Origin: an uncultured archaeon
GTDB lineage: Archaea > Thermoplasmatota > Penumbrarchaeia > CAZSUE01
Length of the DNA: 28,912 nt
Reading direction: 5' to 3'
Assembly (NCBI GenBank): GCA_964609045.1
Contig: CAZSUE010000001.1
Span: 7,450 to 36,361 of the forward strand
In this document: positions 18,201 to 24,200 of the stretch, piece by piece
Position numbering within the stretch: position 1 is the stretch's first letter
How the letters are laid out: every line of letters begins with the position of its first letter
Made by a program: the position numbers and the translations under genes
The notes under the pieces: generated by a model
Seen by the model: only the letters and a program-made list of their open reading frames with translations
The model's database searches: none
What the model was told of the DNA's origin: nothing

Positions 18201-21200
18201 TCGATCGTATCCGCGATAATGTGGCTATCGTTTCGGATCGTGAGCGAAGTGGTTGATTGCGCGCTCATCGAGGTGACCGTGAAACTGGTGCCGTCGATCA
18301 AAAGCTCACCACCGTCATGGACAAAGACCGCGAGCGCCTCGTCGCTGGAGAGCGAGGAATCGCTGAGCGTCATGATCCCGCCGTCGACCCAGATACAATA
18401 ATCCGCCACGCCCTCTTGCAGTATCTCGAGTGCGCTATCGTCGACTTCCAGCGTGCCGCGCACGATGATATTCCCGGATTGGATGAAATCCGCGCCGATC
18501 TGCGCGGTGTGGCCGTCGGCGACGACGATGTCCTCGCTGGAGACACTAAATATCTGGACATCGAGCTGTTGCATATTATTGTCGAACGCGGTCTCGTTGA
18601 TCGTCGCCTCGGGATTGATGTGAACCGTAATTTCATGGGCGCCGTAGCTCCCCGCCGTCCACTCGTACGAGAAGGCGCGGGTCTCCATGCCGTCGAGATC
18701 GACGAGCCAGCTCTGCTCGGTTTCGCCGTCGGCCATGAGCACGATCACACATCCGTTGACGGCCGCAGCCTTCGTATTCTCCACCTCGAACGCGATGGTG
18801 ACGGTATCGCCGACGAAGAGCGGTTCTGTGATACCGGTGGCAGCCGCAGTGGCGTTCAGTGCCACTACTTCCAGATCGGGCGTCTCGTATACGGTGATCG
18901 TCTGCGCCATCGAATTGTTCACGAGCGTGACCTCGTCCATGGTCGAACTGACCACCACGCTGATCATACGGATCCCCGTGGCGTTGGGTACCCATGTCCA
19001 CTGGAGCGTTACATTGTCTGCGCTATCCAGTTGCGACACCGTGGTCTGATCGTACTGCTCACCGTCGATGAGGAGCGCGACCGTGAAGTCCCACGCGCTG
19101 GTCCAGCCCGCGTTCTCGACGACTACGGTGATAACCGCCTCGTTCGAGACCGTCACATTCACGGGAGAGAGCGCGATGGATTGCACACCGAGGTCGGGGA
19201 GGAGGTTCGTGAACTGGAGCGTCGCGTCGAGGTTCGAATCGGTGACGACCACCGGGCTCGTTGCGGTAGCGTTCCCGTCGAGCGTCGCGTTGATGCGATA
19301 GTTGCCCACCGCGAGGCGCTTGGCCGCGGTGATCCGATGGCTCTGGACACAGAACCGGACCATCCCGTCAATATCGGTAGCTGCGTCATCCACCATCTCC
19401 CAGCTCGCCGTCGCATTCTTGTACTGGTAGAGTGCGACGGTGGCGCCCGGGACCGGTGCATCGTTCGCATCGACGGTGGTCACCGTGAGCCACCATTTGA
19501 TCGCCACAACGGCGCTGTCGTTCACCGTCACCGCACCGGTGGCGGAATCCACGATGGTCGCATTGGTCGCGCCCTCGAACTGCAGCGGTTGGTTCAGTGT
19601 GGAGTTGCGTATCTGCATGGTGGTGAGGTCGAGGGTGAGCGCGTTGGCGTTCGCCGCGTCGATCGTCGACTCGTCGATGAGCAGCTGATCGAGCGTGGCC
19701 GCGTCCAAGATGCCGATATGGTCACCCGCCAGCGTGCTGTTGGCGATCGTGATCGAGGGTGCGCCGAGATCGATCGTCGACGCGCTCAGCGTCGAGTCCG
19801 TGATGGTGATGGTATCGTTCCCGATGGCCAGCGCCCCCTCGACATCGAGTTGCGACCCGTCGATAGTGATCGCATCGGCCTGCGCACCGTGGACGAGATT
19901 GAGCGTCGCATGGGTATCGATCAGCGTCAGCTCCGCGCCCTTTTCGAGATAGAGGTCCAGCGGGAGACCGCCTTCACTGACGAGGACGGCGCTATCGAAG
20001 ACGAGGTGCCCGGAACCGTTCACTTGGATCTTATACCGGTTGTTCGGCGTCTGGTCCACCGTGAAGGAGCCGTTACTGATAGTGAATGTATCGTTCACGA
20101 AGAGGTTGCCGCTGAGATAGAAATCGTCGTCGATATCTGCAGTGGTCGCAGTGGTGATGAGATCGTCGCCAGTGGTGGAATAGACGATTGCGGCGGCTAT
20201 GATCGTGTTGTTCGTCTCCACCGTTTCCGTAAACGCATTGTCGGGGTCGACGACGACACTGAGCGTATGCTCGCCCGGATCGTCCGCCGTCCATGTAAAA
20301 GAAAGCGTAGAGTCTCCGTTTGCGACGATATCCTGGCTCATATTGGCCACCTCCACTCCGTTGTCGTAGAGCGCGACGGTGACATTGGTCAGGTCCACCG
20401 CGCCGTGGTTCTCCACCCGGACTTCCACAGCGACCTCCTCGCCGCCCAGTGGATGATCGCTACTCAGCGATAGATCGCTCACCGCCAGATCGGGGTAGTG
20501 CTGGATCGTGTACTCGACCCATGCCGTATTGTTCGTCTCGTTGCTTTCATCGATATGATCGTCCCAATCGACCTCGACGGTGAGGTTGTAGGTACCGGTG
20601 GCGGCGGGTGTCCAGTTGAAGGCGACTGTTGTTGAATCGTTGGCACCGAGGATAGTGATCGTGGTGCTCTCTATCTCGGTCCCGTCCACGGTAAGCCGTG
20701 CAGCGATCGTATCGGCCGCAACTTCGCCGGTATTGAGCACGGTCGCCTCGACGGTGAAGGTCGGTCCGACGATGGGCAGTTCATCGCTCACAACGATAGT
20801 GCTCACCTCGAGGTCCGGCTTGAGGGCGGCGAAGGTGAGATTCCGGACGAGGTTCGCATCCACCACCACGGCGGAGACGAGATCGCTCTGTTCGGTGAGA
20901 TAGGTCGCGTTGACGCGGTAGTTGCCGACAAAGTAGGTGTTCTCGGCGGTGATGCGATAGCTTTGGACCGAAAAGAGCGCCGTGCCCGTGGCGTCGGTCT
21001 CCTCGTCGTCGACCAAGACCCATGTCTGTGTGGCGTTCCGATATCGATAGAGCGAAACGGTGGCGCCCTCGATCGGTAACGCATTGGCGTCGCGTGCGGT
21101 CACGGCCAGCCACCACTCGAGATGCACCTCCGCGTCGTCGTTGACGGTAATGGCGCCGGTGCTCGAGTCGAGGACGGTCACATCGGTGGCGCCGCCCACG

Positions 21201-24200
21201 GTGATCGGCTGGCTCAGCGTGGCGTTCTGGATCAATACTGTGTCCTGGTCGAAGAGAAGGGCGGAGGTATCCACCGATTGGATCACCGTCTCAGCGATGA
21301 CCATCGTGTCGTAGGATGCGTCCTCGAGCACTGCGACGGTGTCGGCGTCGATGACGCTGGAGAGGATGGTGACATCCGTTGCGCCGAAATGGAGTTCGTC
21401 GGCGTCGAGGGTGGAGTTCGCAATGGCGAGCGTGCCGTTGCCGAGCACCAACGCCGTTGCGGATTCCACCGCGGAATCGTTCATGAGGATGGTGTCGGCC
21501 CGAGCCGCGTGGAAGATATTCAGCGTGAGATCGGCGCTTTCGAAGGTGATGTTCCCACCCGATTCGACATAAAGATCCAGCGGTCGTCCCGTATCACTGA
21601 CGATCGCCGCGTTCTCGACGACGAGATGACCGCTGGCGTTCACCTGGATCTTGTATCGGTTCGCCGGCGACTGGTCGATGGTCAGAGTGCCGTTGCGAAC
21701 GATGAAGGTATCGTTGACATAGAGGTTGCCGCTGAGATAGAAATCGCTCTCGATGGGCGCGGTGGTGTCGTCCGTAATGAGATCGTCGCCGTTGGCGGAA
21801 TAGACGATCAGCTCCGATGTGATGCTATTGTTCGCTTCATTCGTTTCTGTGATCATATCCATGGGATCGATGCTGACATTGAGGGTATGCTCGCCCGGGT
21901 TTTCGGCAATCCAGTCGAACGAGAGCGTCGTCTCGGTGCCGCCGTCGAGGTCGAACGACTGCGTGGCCGCCTCCACGCCGTTATCGAAAAGAGTGGCGTA
22001 GACGCCGGTCAGATCGACCATGCCCGCATTGCGCACCACCGCGTCGACGGTCACGGTCCGTCCACCCTCGGGATGGTCGTGAGAGAGCGTGATCGTCGTC
22101 GGGAAAAGGTCCGGGTATGCGTTGACCGTATAGATGATCCATTCGGTATTGTTCGTCTCATCCATTTCCACGATGGTATCGTTCACGTCGACCGTTACGG
22201 TGAGGTTGTAATCGCCGATCGCATCGGGTGTCCAAAGGAATGAGACCACCGTGGTTGCACCGGCATCGAGCTCGGCGATAGTGGTGGTGTTCGTTCTTGC
22301 ACCGTCGACGAGGAATCGTACTGCGACATCGTACGCCGCAACGGCGCCGTCGTTCTCGATGGTGGCGTTGACGGTGACCGGCGCGCCCGTCACGGGGAGG
22401 TCGACTTCGACCTCGACCCCGTCGGGGAGGGAGAGGTCCGGTTGCAATCCACCGAACTGGAGTGTGCGAGCGACATTGCCGGTGGTGACCACTGGATAGA
22501 GGACATTGCTCCGTGCTGCGCCGTCGGAGGCGTTGATGCGATAGTTGCCCATGAAATAGCTGGTTGAGACGGTCTCGTAGTAGCTCTGGGCGCTAAAGAC
22601 GGTAACACCGTCGGCATCGGTGGGTTGCGTGGTGACCCTCTGCCATTGCTCGTTAGCCGCGTTGTAACGGTAGAGGTCGACCATCGCTCCTCCGACGGGG
22701 TGTGCGTTGGCGTCCACGGCGGTGACGCTGAGCCACCAGGAGGTATTCATCACTGCGTTCCCGGCGAGGGTGTAGACCATGGTCGTATTCAATCGCGCAA
22801 CCTCGCTCTCACCCTTGAAGGTGAACGGTAGGTCAGGGGTGGAGTTCACAAAAGAGCCGGATAGGACCTCGATCTCGTTGGTCACCGGTGAGGCGATGGA
22901 GAACTCCGACTCCACCACCGTCAATGTATCGATCGTTGTAGCGGGGTCGAAGAGGAACGAATCGCCGATCAATTGGACATTATCGGTCTCGAACTGCGCC
23001 GCGGCGAATTCATAATTGTCGGCATCCAATGAGGAATTGACGATTTGCACGCTGCTCGCTGCGAGGACCATATCGTTGGCAAGCGTGAGCGTCGAGTTGC
23101 GGATGACGACAGCGGTGGCGCCCGAGGCGTGGATCAGATTGAGATCGAGCGTGGAGCGTTCCACGATGAGCGTGCCACCGGCCTCGATATAGAGGTCGAG
23201 CGGGCGACCGGTCTGGCTTTGGAGCACCATATCGGAGAGCGTGAGATCGCCGGTGCTGTTGATCTGGATCTTGTATCGGTGTGCGGGGGACTGGTCGATG
23301 GTCAGCGTCCCGTTCGCTATCGCAAAGGAGCCGTTGACGAAGAGGTTGCCGCTGATCTGGAAATCGGATCCGATGTCCGGCGTGTCGTCCTCGGCGATAT
23401 AATCGTCGCCGGTGGCGGTATAGACGATCATCGCGCCTTCGAGGGTGTTGTTGAGCTCGTTGGATTCTGCGATGATATCCAGTGCGTCGACGGTGACCGT
23501 TAATTGGTGCTCGCCGGGTGCGGCGGCGGTCCATGAGAAGGGGACCAGCGTACCGCCCGATGCGGGGACGGTCACGCTCTGGTTACCGATCTCGGTGCTC
23601 CCGTCGAGGAGCGTAACGGTGACGCCTTCGAGTTCTTCAACGCCGCTATTGTTCACCGCGACATCGATGGTGACCTCCTCACCGGCCAGTGGATGGTCGC
23701 TTTCGATCGTCATCATCGATGCGTAGATATCGGGTCGGGCCGCGATGGTGATGAACTGTTCAGCGGTATTGTTCGTCTCATCATCTTCCGCGATAGCGTC
23801 CAGCGGGTCGACGATCACGGTCACATTGTAGGACCCGTTCGCCGTTGGCGTCCATGCGAGCAAGACGGTGGTGGAATCGTGCGCCTCGATATGCGCGATC
23901 GTGGTGTTTGCGACCTCGGTGCCATCGACGAGGAGCCCAACGAGGATATCGTCGACGCCGTAGCTGCCGTTGTTGTAGACGGTTGCGTTGACCGTTAATG
24001 ACTGATCGGGGATGAGCATGCCCGAGACATTCGTGATGGCGGCGGTCAGATCGGGGACGAGGTCGGCATACTGCAATTGGAGCTGGTTGTTCTCGTCCGA
24101 GACGATCACCGACCGTCCGCTGTGGTTGTAATAGACGCCCTCGAAGAGATAACTGGCGTTGACGAAATAGTTGCCGACGAAGAGTTCGTTCTCGGCGGTG

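Noticed and set aside
9287-23998. Many long plus-strand ORFs inside the giant gene (e.g. 9287..10747, 11060..12346, 18257..20473, 21122..22243)
   Set aside because: They are the reverse-complement frame of Asp/Glu/Thr/Val-rich codons and mirror the repeats of the real protein. There is no independent evidence for coding.
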